This document shows positions 36,155 to 47,670 of a DNA stretch of 64,000 nucleotides, piece by piece. The stretch spans positions 118,498,792 to 118,562,791 of the forward strand of contig NC_068985.1 of assembly GCF_001194135.2 (NCBI RefSeq), in the 5' to 3' direction. Position numbers and translations under genes: made by a program. The notes under the pieces were generated by a model. That model was not told the DNA's origin and ran no database searches. It saw only the letters and a program-made list of their open reading frames with translations. The stretch's first letter is position 1. Every line of letters starts with the position of its first letter. Source of the DNA: Octopus bimaculoides. Taxonomy: Eukaryota.

Positions 36155-38094
36155 TCATCATCATCATTTCACGTCCATTGTCCATACTGGCATGGGTTGG
36201 ACGGTTTGACTGGATTTGGCAAGCTGGAAGGCTGTACCAGACTCCAGTCTGATTTGGCATGGTTTCTATGGTTGGCTGTCCTTCCTAATGCCAACCACTC
36301 CAAGAGTGTAATGGGTGCTTTTGCAGGCCATCTGCATGACGCTGCTATCTGCAACAACTGCGATTTTGCTCAGCTTGATGGTTCTTCTTCTCAAGCACAA
36401 CATAATGCCAAGTCTCAGTTATTGCCTCTGAGAGGGCCAACACTTCGAAGGAGCTCAGCTACTTTGTCTCCCTGAGACCCAATGCTTGAAAGGTGCTTCA
36501 AAGGTCTCGGTCATTGCCTCCATGAGGCCCAACACTTGACAGGTACTTTTTACTTGTCCCTGGCATGGGTGCCAGTTACATGACTCCAGCATCAACCATG
36601 ACTTCGATTTCACTTGGCTTGACGGGTCTTTTCAAGCACAGCATATAGCCAAAGGTCTTGGTCACTAGTCATTGCCTCTGTGAGGCCCAAAGTTTGAAGA
36701 TCATGCTTCACCACCTTGTCCCATGTCTTCCTGTGTCTACCTCTACCACAGGCTCCCTTCACAATTAGAGATTGGCACTTCTTTACACAGCTGTCCTTGT
36801 TCATACGTATCACATGACCATACTATTGCAGTCGTCTCTCTTGCACACCACATCCAATGCCACTTAGGCCCAACTTTTCTCTCAAGATGCTTACAATGTT
36901 GAACATGCGCACTTACATTGTACATCCAGTAAAGCATGGTGGCTTCATTTCTTTCTAGCCTAAGCATGTCCTTGGCTGTCATAGCCTATGTTTCACTGCC
37001 ATGTAGCATAGCTGTATGCACACAGGCATCATACAATCTGCCACTCTGAGAGAGAGGCCCTTTGTTTCCAGCAGAGGTAGGAGCTCTCTGAACTTTACCC
37101 AACCTAATCTTATTCTCACAGCTACACTTTTGGAGCATCCACTTCTGCTCCTAACTTGGTCACCTAGATCAGGGGTTTTCAAACTGTGGTCCGCAAACCA
37201 CAGGGGTCCGCAAGGACAAGACAGGGGGTCCGTGGACAGCAAATACTTTTTATGGGCAATTTGATTTTATATATGTTTTTTAATCGAAATCTTTTAATTG
37301 ACAATAAACCTATTTTGTTAAATACTGTTAAATAAATAAATGTAAAAATATATGTTATTTTAAGCAAATATTTATGTATAAATTTCATAAGCGTTTATAA
37401 GGGGGTCCCTAAGGTAAAGCCTGAAATATAAAGGGGGTCCGCAAATCAAAAAGTTTGAAAACCCCCTGACCTAGATAATGGAAGCTATTGTCTACTCACT
37501 ACCCTGGCAGTTGATTGAGTCTATTTTCTGTACATTTTTGGTGTTTATTGTACCTGTGCATCTTCCACATACAAAACACTTACACTGGGTGCATCTTATG
37601 GAGGTTCTAGCTACGCCTTTTCTACAGATCGAGCAGGGCTGTCTACTTGAAGGAATTTGTGATTTGTCTGCCTTTCTACTTACTGTGACTTTGGTTTTTG
37701 TTAGGTTAACTCTAAGGCCCTTTGATTCTAGACCTTGATTCCATACCTGGAACTTCTTCTCTAGTTCTGGTAGTGATTCAGCTGAGCAAGGTCATCATCA
37801 TAGAGGAGCTCCCAAGGGTAGCTTGTCTTAAATTCCTCTGTTATTGCCTGGAGGACTATGATAAACAAGAGGGAGCTGAGGACCGACCACTCGTATATCC
37901 CTAGCTCTCACCAACCACTCGTATATCCCTAGTTCTCGCATTGATCATCAGATAAGGGACCAGGGGAATCTGTCAAAGGTTTTCTCCAATTCAACAAAGG
38001 CCAAGTATAGAGGTTTATCTTTGGCCAGTATTTCTCCTGCAGCTGCCTTACCAGAAATATAGCATCAGTGGTGCTTCTCCCTGGCACAAAACCA

Positions 38095-38100
<6 letters not shown>
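36155..38100 (-). mobile_element. Largest RTE LINE relic (RT domain to 3'UTR), with frameshifts, deletions and a nested MITE
   Basis: FGFVPGRSTTDAIFLVRQLQEKY, AFVELEKTFD, WELLYDDDL, SFHYLGD, GWVKFRELLPLL, GRGRHRKTW and AVLEKTRQAK*, then 3'UTR and (GAT)n. Confidence 0.9.
37170..37468. mobile_element. hAT-type MITE, 299 bp, nested in the RTE
   Basis: TIRs caggggttttcaaact / agtttgaaaaccccctg. Perfect 8-bp TSD acctagat (37162-37169, 37469-37476). Confidence 0.9.
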
Positions 38101-38134
<34 letters not shown>

Positions 38135-38136
<2 letters not shown>

Positions 38137-38549
38137 CATGCATAGATGTGTGGTAAGAAGCTTGCTTCCCAACTATATGGTTCCAGGTTCAGTCTCACTA
38201 TGTGGCACCTTGAGCACCTACTATAGCCTTTGGCTGACAAAGCCTTGTGAGTGGATTTGTTAGATAGAAACTGAAAAATGCCTGTTCTATATTTATATAT
38301 GTGTATGTGTGTGTGTTTGTGTGTGTGTCTGTGTGTGCATGTCTTTGTGTCTGTGTTTGTCCCATTTTTCAGCACTTGACAACCGATGTTGGTGTGTTTA
38401 TGTCCCTGTAGCTTAGCAGTTCAACAGAGAGACTGATAGAATAACTACTGAGCTTAGAAATAAGTCCTAGGGTCGAATTGTTCGACAAAAACGCTTCAAC
38501 ACAAGTGCTCCAGCATGACTGCAGTCAAATGAAACAAGTAACAAAAAAA
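38135..38549 (+). mobile_element. SINE-A full-length, decayed
   Basis: Head, microsatellite and tail. Confidence 0.75.
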
Positions 38550-38551
38550 TG

Positions 38552-38600
<49 letters not shown>

Positions 38601-38656
38601 TTTATAAATGTGAATAGATGTAGATATACACACATGTTTGTGTGTGTATGTGCATA

Positions 38657-38690
<34 letters not shown>

Positions 38691-38818
38691 AATTATATAG
38701 AATAACATATACATCATAAGCCAAGAGAAATCCTTTCCAATTTGCAAGTAAGCCCTATATTCTACATGTTTGTATATATATATATTGCTAGGTGCACCTA
38801 TTTACATATATACACACT

Positions 38819-38874
<56 letters not shown>

Positions 38875-39307
38875 CATTCACATATCTCTCTCGTATTATT
38901 CAGCTCAGTAACTGTTGCTCCAATAATTAATGTTGAATCTGATAGACATCCTGTTGACTCATCTTCTGGAATTCATCTATAAAAGATGTGGGCTTGGAAC
39001 AGAAGGCATGGAGGGGTGGGCAGACATATGCATTAACAACACTCCTACCACCACCACCACCACTGCTACTTTTTCCTTCTCCCTCTTCTGTCTCTTGTGC
39101 TTTTGATTCCGATCGTTCTCTGTCATATTTCATTGATAATACAAATCAAATAGATTCCCTCTTTGGAATATTCTAATTTAAAAACTTGAGCCTCAGTTCC
39201 TTTGAATTTGTCACAGATACGTCTCATACTACTCTGTTGTCAGCAATGTCAGCAAATATTCAAGCTCTGTAATAGCATCAGGGGAATGGCTGGGTGAGAG
39301 GAACTAC

Positions 39308-39345
<38 letters not shown>

Positions 39346-39785
39346 TTAAGAATTTTTTAAAACATTTATTATTATTGTGAGCATTTTTTCTTGGTAGTTT
39401 CATGCAGGTTACTCCTGCATCCCCTGGTGCATCTCCTTGTTCTTGAGGTGTATGCAGCATTGCGTTCTTATTTTGTGGGGATTGGCAGAGTATAGACTCG
39501 TCCTATTGGTGTACTACACCAGTTTGTTTTGTTATAGGGTTTAGTTTCATGTTTCTTGTTGTACTAGGGTATGTTCTGTTTTGTGTGGTGCGTGTAATGT
39601 GAGTTGTGTTATTTTATATTTTATTGGGTCTTAGTCCTGTCTGGTATATGTTGCATGAGTTGTGTTGTTTTAGGTTATTAAGTGCTTGTTGTATAGGGTG
39701 TGTGAAGAGTGTTCTATTGGATTGATAGTATCTTGCATGCGATTATTGTTGTTGTTGCTGTTACTGCTACTGCTGTTGTTATTAA

Positions 39786-40150
39786 GGTGATGAGCTGGCA
39801 GAATCATTACTGCACCAGGCAAAATGCCTAGTGGCATTTCTTCTGAGATTATGTTCAGAGTTCAAATTCTGCCAAGATCAACTTTGCCTTTCATCTTTTT
39901 CTACTCTAGGCACAAGGCCCGGAATTTTTGGGGAGGTGGTGAGGGGACAGTCGATTAGATTGACCCAGTATGCAACTGGTATTTAACTTATCGACCCTGA
40001 AAGGATGAAAGGCAAAGTTGATCTTGGCGGAATTTGAACTCAGAATGTAAAGACAGATGAAATACTGCTAAGCTTTTTCACCCGGTGTGCTAGTAATCAA
40101 CTTAGCACCCAGCCCACCAAATTTCAGGCCTTGTGCCTTTTGTAGAAAGG
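39786..40150. mobile_element. SINE-C (+) interrupted by an antisense SINE-C (39901-40095); further decayed SINE-C copies to ~40630
   Basis: Plus head 39786-39900, minus copy, plus tail 40096-40150. Confidence 0.75.
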
Positions 40151-41344
40151 ATGATTATCATCATCATTATTATTAGTGCTGTGAATTGGTAGAATCACTA
40201 GAGCATCAGATCAACCCTAACCTTGCAGTATTTGTTCCAGTTCCTTGTATTCTATTTAAATCTCACCAAGTTCTTTCATCCCCTCCGACACTAAAATTAG
40301 CCTTTCATCCCCTCAGACAATAAAATAAAGTACTCATCAAGTATTTGGGTCAATGTAATCAACCAGCCCCCTAGCTTAAAAATTGCAGACCTCATGCCCA
40401 AATTAGAAATAATTAATTAAAAAAAAAGCATGGTGGATTGGCAGAATTGTTAGTGACGTACATGCAGATTGATTTGTGTTATTTGTTCTGGCCCTCTTCC
40501 TACTGAGTTCAACTTTGTCTTTCATCCCCTCAGGAGCAATAAAATAAAGCATGAATTAAGTCCTGGGGTTAATGTAATCAGTTAACATCCCTTCCCCAAA
40601 AGTTTTTAGCCTTGTGTCTAGAAACAATAATAATAATTTAATTTCATCCCTCTACGTTTCTGAATTCAGTTACCTTTTCATCTCCCTATCAATACCAGTA
40701 ATATATCATTTCCAATCATCTACTGAGGTCAGTATTCATCAACTATAATTAACTATAACACCCCATTGCCTTTCCTTACACAAAAAAAAACAAAAAAACA
40801 CCAAATTCAGAAATCATTTGGCAGAATGGATATAGATACAATCAAACTCCCTTGTGGGATTTTGATATTGGCCTGTATGTGCCAAGTTCAAAATCCCACT
40901 TAGAATTCACTTAGTCTTTCCAGGGTGTATGTAACCAATTACTCTCATTTCTATAATTAAAATTACTTCTGTTGAACTTGTCAGCCCTCCTCTGTTGAGA
41001 ATTTCCATTCCTAGTTTAGATGAAGTGACCAATAGAAATTATGAAAATAGACATGGCTATGTTGTTAAGGTACTCACCTTGCAGTAATGTGGTTCCAGGT
41101 TCAATCCCACTGTGTGGCGCTTTGGGCAAATGACTACTATCATAGCCTTGGGTTAACCAATACCCTGCAGGTAAAATAAATTTGGTAGATGGAAGTTGTG
41201 CAGTGGCTTGTCACACAGGCATACATGCACACAAACCGTGTATAATGGAGATAAATCTACAGTTATATATTTGAAAACCTTAGCTGTAGATAATGCAGAG
41301 AATGTAAAAATATCTTGTAAATAGAAAAATAACCAGGAGTCTTC

Positions 41345-41390
41345 TTATGGATCTGTTTCAGAGATAGTTGTCCCCTCATCAGAAAAGATG
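41345..41390 (-). ncRNA. Decayed hammerhead ribozyme motif
   Basis: CTGATGA-GGGGA(CAACTA)TCTCT-GAAAC-AG-ATC. Core intact and stem II pairs with G-U wobbles. ATC replaces GTC, and stem I is poor. Confidence 0.45.
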
Positions 41391-42347
41391 CTCACTTACA
41401 CTTTGGCTATCTCAAACTGATGCATTCGTACAAAAGTAGCCTATATATATATGCTTTACTGTATTAACTCTCTTTATATTGATGACCACTTTGCATTTTG
41501 CATTTTAGTTCTGGACCCCTTATGGTGTTGTGTGAATATGGTCACAGTCCACCAGTTGAAACCAGTAAAAAAATAAAATAAAGATTTAAAAAAAAAAAAG
41601 CATAAAAGTAACTGGTGTGTGGGCTTGAAAAGATTCAGCCATTGTAACCACAGCTATTTTTTTTTCCAATAGCAGCTGTAGACTTGAAAGCCTGTTTTAA
41701 TGAAGTCCATCTGTGAGACAAGACAAAGCAGCAGCTGCATATGGTGGTGAGTGTTAGGTTTACAACACAGACATTGACAACATTGAGAAGAATGTTTACA
41801 CAGCAGTTTCACTCCTTGTCAGTAATTAAGTTAGAGACATCTGAGCTATGTGAAATGTGCAAGCATTTACTGATATAAGAGTTCTTTTCTAACTACTGAG
41901 CAATTTGTTTGAGGAAGAGAGTCTGTTAGTTTATGAATTATACACGATTCCCATGCATCATATATCTTCCTGTTCTTGTCTATCCCTTTATTGTCATTAT
42001 CATTTTTTCTGCTACCCTACTGTCCTCATGACATGATGGCAGTAGGGTAGTAGAAACAGTGCCAGTGTAAATGTTTTGCAGTATTTTGTTACAATTGTTT
42101 ACATCCTGAATTCAAATCTAATTACAAATGATATTCACTTTACTGTTCCAGAGTAGATTAAATTAAGTGTTGAATAATTGAAATAATATTAGTCATTAAT
42201 TAATGCTATTTCTTCACTGCATAATTGTGTCTCTTTCATTTTTTGCTTCTCACTACATTAGATATGATAACACTTAACCTTATAATTGCCTTTCATGCTG
42301 ATGGCATCAGTAATACCTTCTCCAAAATATACTAATTTTCTATATAC

Positions 42348-42770
42348 ATCATCATCATCATCATCGTTTAACGTCCGCTTTCCATGCTAGCATGGGTTGG
42401 ACGATTTAACTGAGGACTGGTGAAACCAGATGGCAACACCAGGCTCCAATCTAAATTTGGCAGAGTTTCTACAGCTGGATGCCCTTCCTAACGCCAACCA
42501 CTCAGAGAATGTAGTAGGTGCTTTTACGTGTCACCCGCACGAAGGCCAGTCAGGTGATACTGGCAACGGCCACGCTCGAAATGGTGTCTTTTATGTGCCA
42601 CCCGCACAAGCCAGTCCAGGGGCACTGGCAACGATCTTGCTCGAAAATCCTACGGGAGCCAGTCAGGCGGTACTGGCAACGGCCACGCTCAAAATGGTGC
42701 ATCTTATGTGCCACCCGCACAAGAGCCAGTCCAGGGGCACTGGCAACGATCTTACTTGGCTTGCCGGATG
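42348..42770 (-). mobile_element. Young 5'-truncated RTE: last codons (RQAK*) + complete 3'UTR with internal tandem repeats
   Basis: ttacttggcttgccgg = RQAK*. Repeats of gccagtc..gg..actggcaacg. CpG-rich. Confidence 0.85.
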
Positions 42771-43601
42771 CTTACTTAGTAGTTCTTTCATGAGCACTTC
42801 AGCAAGAACAGTGAGGTCTGAGCTTTGTTGAGGAGATCTAATAAAATTGGAACAGGTCTTGAGTTACTTCTTGTACTTCCACGGTTATCTAAATTATTTT
42901 CATTATTGTCAGCCATTTCTCGTGTCCAAAAATTTCAGTTCCTTACTGTTAAAGGAAATATCTCCTGGAGGAAATGCCAATGGCATGAATCTGTTTACCA
43001 TAAATCTCAGCATACCAGCAAATGACCCACTCACTGTAGTTGCAAGACTATCCTCTGTGGCATAATGAAATCGGCACTATCAGGTGATTTAGTTATGGTC
43101 TCAAGAGGCACCTTTTTTTGCCAGTCCTTCTGATATTGAACTCCTTTGCTTGTTCAAATGTTATCTAGATCAACTTTTATTGTTTACATTTGCTTGCTCT
43201 ATTTTGGGGGTTGGGATCGTGACATTGGGTTTGTCATATTCAGTCTGGGTTCTCTTCTTTGATATTACCACCTTGGGTGGCATACACAGGAGTAATAGAT
43301 TTTTGACGTTGCTCATTTGGTCACTGGAACATGCAACCTGCCAGCGCCCTCTAAGGAACAACCATTCAAGGCAGATAATATTGATCTTTCTTTTATCTTT
43401 TACTTGTTTCAGTCATTGGACTGCGGCCATGCTGGGGCACTGCCTTGAATTTTTAGTTGACTGAATCAACCCCGGTACTTATTTTTAAAGCCTGGTACTT
43501 ATTCTATCAGTCCCTTTTGCTGAATCACTAAGTTACAGGAATGTAAACACACAAACTTTGGTTGTCAAGTGGTGATGGGAGGGGGACAAACACTGACACA
43601 T

Positions 43602-43676
<75 letters not shown>

Positions 43677-43685
43677 AATATACTA

Positions 43686-44240
43686 GAGGTTTTGGGGATA
43701 CATAAAAAGTGATGGTTCAAGAAAGTTGGTTAAAATTGATGGTAACTTGAATAGTACCAAATACATCCAGTTGCTGAAGAACAATTTGATACCAGACTTG
43801 GATGAAAGTGAGATTTTTCAGCATGAGGGAGCTCCATGCTACAGATTGTGTGTAACATAACAGTCTTGCTGATGAAGGTGTTACTGTATTGAAAGATTGG
43901 TCAGCTTAGAGCCCTGACTTAAATATCATCGAGCAAATGTGGACAGAACTAAGGAGGAGAGTTCGTCAGAAGAATCCATGCAATCTTGAGTTGTGGGAGC
44001 TCAGCTACAGAGAATGGCATCTCATACTTGTGAAGAGGGTGAAGGATTTGTATGCATCTCTTCCCAGGGGAATTGAAGCAACTGTTCAAGCTAAGGGAAG
44101 CCACATGAAATGTTAACAATATACAGTAACTTCTTGAAATGAACATTATGTAATAAATATTCATTATAGACATTTTTCTGTCTTAAAACACTGTATCTTG
44201 ATTGCTTTATGTGAGGTGGCTGTAAACTTTTGCACGGCCA
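43686..44240 (+). mobile_element. Tc1-family transposase relic (C-terminal half of DDE domain) with right end
   Basis: WGYIKSDGSRKLVKIDGNLNSTKYIQLLKNNL..IFQHEGAPC..DWSA*SPDLNIIEQMW..RVKDLYASLPRGIEATVQAKG. Confidence 0.85.
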
Positions 44241-44409
44241 TTTTTGGTGGTCGTCTCACATCTCTCATTCAGAAACCCTACTACAAAATATAATGGTTAG
44301 CCATGGAAATGACTCCAATAGTGCCAATGTTTCATTTGTAAAAAAACACAGTGGGAAACCTCTGAAGACTTTTGTACAGTACTGTGTATACATATACACA
44401 CACATAATG

Positions 44410-44501
44410 CACCGTTTCTTGTCCAATCACCAAAGTTAAGCAATGTTGAGCCTAGTTAGTACTTAGATGAGTGACTACTTGGGAAACTTAGGTGCTGTAA
44501 G
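44410..44501 (+). pseudogene. 5'-truncated, decayed 5S rRNA copy
   Basis: caccgtttcttgtccaatcaccaaagttaagcaatgttgagcctagttagtacttagatgagtgactacttgggaaacttaggtgctgta aligns by eye to metazoan 5S from ~nt 27 onward, including the A and C boxes. Differences are mostly CpG-type transitions. Confidence 0.85.
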
Positions 44502-44513
44502 AATCTCCCACTT

Positions 44514-44914
44514 GTGAAGGTGCTTGGTTCAATGGTTAGAGCATTGGGTTCACAATCATGAGGCAGTGAGTTCAATTCCTGGAATGGGCTGTGTGTTGTG
44601 TTCTTGAGCAAGACACTTTATTTCATGTTGCTCCAGTTCACTTAGCTGTAGAAATGAGTTGCAACATCACTGGTGTCAAGCTGTATCAGCCTTTGCCTTT
44701 TCCTTGTATGACATCAGTGGCATGGAGAGAAGAGGAGGCTGGTATGCATGGGTGACTGCTGGTCTTCCACAAACAACCTTGCCCAGATCCCCCTCTTTGT
44801 GCACCTGTATGAGCAATAATACAACCAAATAACCTTGCCCAGACCTGTGCTTTGGAGGGGAACTTTCTAGGTGCAATCCCATGGTCATTCATCCCTGAAA
44901 GAGGTCTTTACCCT
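44514..44914 (+). mobile_element. SINE-B full-length (tRNA head, CORE-like block, RTE-like tail)
   Basis: A-box tggttcaatgg and B-box agttcaattcc. CORE-like tgtgttcttgagcaagacacttt. Tail gaggtctttaccc. Confidence 0.8.
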
Positions 44915-46999
44915 ACACACACACACGTATACCATTTTGATTACCAACCCAGTTAAAACTGCCTCTAGTTCTGTGATATGAAACTTATTTTAAAGTGTTC
45001 AGATTGAAATCAAAACATTCTATCATAATTTTATGTAAGAAACTTCTGTGATCTAAATGCCATCTTATTAAAATGACATTTAGAATATAAAACTTTCACA
45101 TTATTAATGTGCAAGTTATTTTAGTTATTTTACTTGAATATTTCAAAATTCTTGATTATTTTCAAATTCAATTGAAATACAAAGACGATGGATTCCATTA
45201 AAAATTTGCTCTGAAAAGGATAATGTTAATATTTTTTTGTTAAAATCAAATTATCCTGTTCAATTATATGTTTTTTAATTTGTATTTGTACTTAGTGATA
45301 CCCAGCATTTAATAATCACTACTTTGGGCATAATCTTGTAGTTTTTTTTTTCTTTTATATTCCTTTTAATTGTACTATCCGCAATTTCTTTCTGTAATGC
45401 TCACTTTAATTTGCATGTTTCTTTGTGAATTGACAAGAAATAATAATTCCCTTGCTTGCTTTTGAAAAAAAAAAAAAAAAAAAAATCATGAGTTTGGCTT
45501 TGAGTTAATAATAAGCTTAAAATTTTCAGTGTGGTTCAGGTGCACATATATATTAATGAGAATAATTAAGGTATACTTCAACACTACCTCAAAGCACTGT
45601 CAATTGGAACAATTGCTTCGAGATGACAGGCACTAAATATTTCTTGGCATGTATCTACATTCTTTGAAAAGCAACATACAGAGAGGGATTTTTTTGTCTT
45701 TTTGTTTTAAACTATACAGAAGAACCTACTTTTGTTAATTCATAGAAGAAAATGCTATCTTTCAGATATAAACTGTGTTGCAACTGAAAGAGCGAAATAT
45801 GATAATCCTAATCCTATCTTGTTAAAAGAACATTAGCATATCCAGGGTACCATCATTGTGATATTTTCACCATGCTTCTAGATGAAATGACAAAAAAAAA
45901 AAAAAAAAAAAAAAGTTCCTTTTGTAATCGGTTATTTTTAAAAAGTAAAATCATATTGAATAATGTTGTCCTTGTTACACTTGGGAAAAATGGATTGTCA
46001 CTCAAGCCTTTAATTGTGTCCCTTTTCGTCATTCACTCTATATGTATCCCTATGTATGCCTGGCCTCTGTTTCTGCCACTGTGCATCTTCTGTGTTCTCC
46101 ATGCTTCACTGCATCCTTCTGCCTTCCCATCCAGCCAACCTCAGTACTCTGTCCCTATTCTCTCTGTCCACCATCTTGCACTTTGAGGGTACACCTTTAA
46201 TAGCTCATCCCTACTATCGTTTTTTCCTCTGTTGCTGGTGTAGCCATGTAGCTCCTTTACAGCAAGACACCTATTCCTGTCCTCCTTCCCTGCTTTAGCT
46301 TCTCTATCCCTGGTGTAAAGCCACTTTCCTCAATACTGCACCCTAACTCTGTGAAGTAGTCTTGTCTTGCGGGTTATATGGTGATCTCACTAGTGCTGTA
46401 CTCTCTGTAAAGTGGTTGGCTTTAGGCAGGGCATCCAGCTGTAGAAACCTTGCTGATGCAGACACTCAAGATGAACACAACCCTCAGGCTAGTCAGATCC
46501 TTTTGAACTGTCCAACCCATGCCAGCATGGAACACTGATGTTAAATGATGAGGTCTTCTCAGTCAGGGCTAACAATTACTTCCTCTCCATCTTGAGCATA
46601 TATAATCTCTTTTTTTCTTTCACCACAACTGAATCTATAAATCAAGCATCTCTATTTTGCATATTTTTGTCATGATGATGATAATTATGGTGATGATTAT
46701 GATAATTTTTTTAAAGATTATGTTGTGGCATTTTTATACCATGATCTGGTATAATAGCACCCCTCTTTTGTATCATGTCATCCATGAGGTCTAATGCTCT
46801 CAGGTCTTATCTATTGTTTCCTAATTCCTTCAACCAATTAACACATTTCAGAAACAAATTATTAACTCTCTCCCTCTACACGCATATACACAGCACACGA
46901 GTGTGCGTTCACACATGCGAATCATCTATTCCACCTCATAAGTTTAATACTAACATTCAAATTAGTCTATTAAATGTAATGTATATTTATTCACATAAT

Positions 47000-47118
47000 A
47001 GGCGCATAGTTCCAGGTTCAGTCCCACTGTGTAGCACCTTGGGCAAGTGTCTTCTGCTATAGCCTTGGGCTGACAAATGCCTTATGAGTGGATTTGGTAG
47101 ATGGAAATTGAAAGAAGC

Positions 47119-47161
<43 letters not shown>

Positions 47162-47395
47162 GTGTACATCTTTGTGTCTGTGTTTGTCCCCCCCACCATC
47201 ACTTGATAATCAATGTTGGTATGTTTATGTCCTCATAACCTAGCAGTTTGGCAAACGAAACTGATAGAATAAATACCAGGCTTCCAAAGAATAAGTCCTG
47301 GGGTTGATTTCTTCAACTAAAAAAAAAAACTCTTTAAGGCAGTGCTCCAGCATGGCTGCAGTCAAATGATTGAAACAAATAAAAGAATAAAAGAA
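47000..47395 (+). mobile_element. SINE-A with deletion in head
   Basis: aggcgca..ggttcagtcccactg...gcatggctgcagtcaaatgattgaaac. Confidence 0.8.
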
Positions 47396-47396
47396 T

Positions 47397-47670
47397 TGTT
47401 TTGAATTAATCTTGCATTATCTCATAGCCTTAAGATTTTGATGATATAACTGTTTATATTTAGAATGACACAGGGTAGGTGTGAGATGTTGGACTTGGCC
47501 AGTTTGAACATTAAATGGGGAGAATATTTGGGGTGGATTCTACCTGTTTTATGTTCTGACTGGCCAGATCTGGTCTCTTGCACCTACCTTACAATATCAC
47601 TCTCAAAAGTTAAGCTACTTCATAAAAATCTCAAAGCTACAAAATAATGCATGATTAATTCAAAACAATC
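47397..47670. mobile_element. Fold-back remnant of the piggyBac-like MITE family
   Basis: ttgttttgaattaatcttgcattat.. versus ..ataatgcatgattaattcaaaacaa, inverted. Confidence 0.55.

Noticed and set aside
39400-39750. Possible Dong or Penelope ORF relic on the minus strand
   Set aside because: Too many stops, and the motifs were not convincing by eye.
42780-42945. Minus-strand mini-ORF MADNNENNLDNRGSTRSNSRPVPILLDLLNK after an acceptor-like site
   Set aside because: It is short, ends at an RTE insertion and shows no homology I recognise.
43150-43464. Hydrophobic ORF (LLLFTFACSILGVGIVTLGLSYSVWVLFFD) resembling a tetraspanin TM1
   Set aside because: It lacks the KY..F.FN motif and usable splice sites, runs into a SINE, and TM1 is already supplied by the true exon.
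43866-43900. CTGATGA...GAAA inside the Tc1 relic (a similar hit lies in the RTE fragment near 1195 and at 26110)
   Set aside because: There is no stem II, and the Tc1 and RTE hits are explained by coding sequence.
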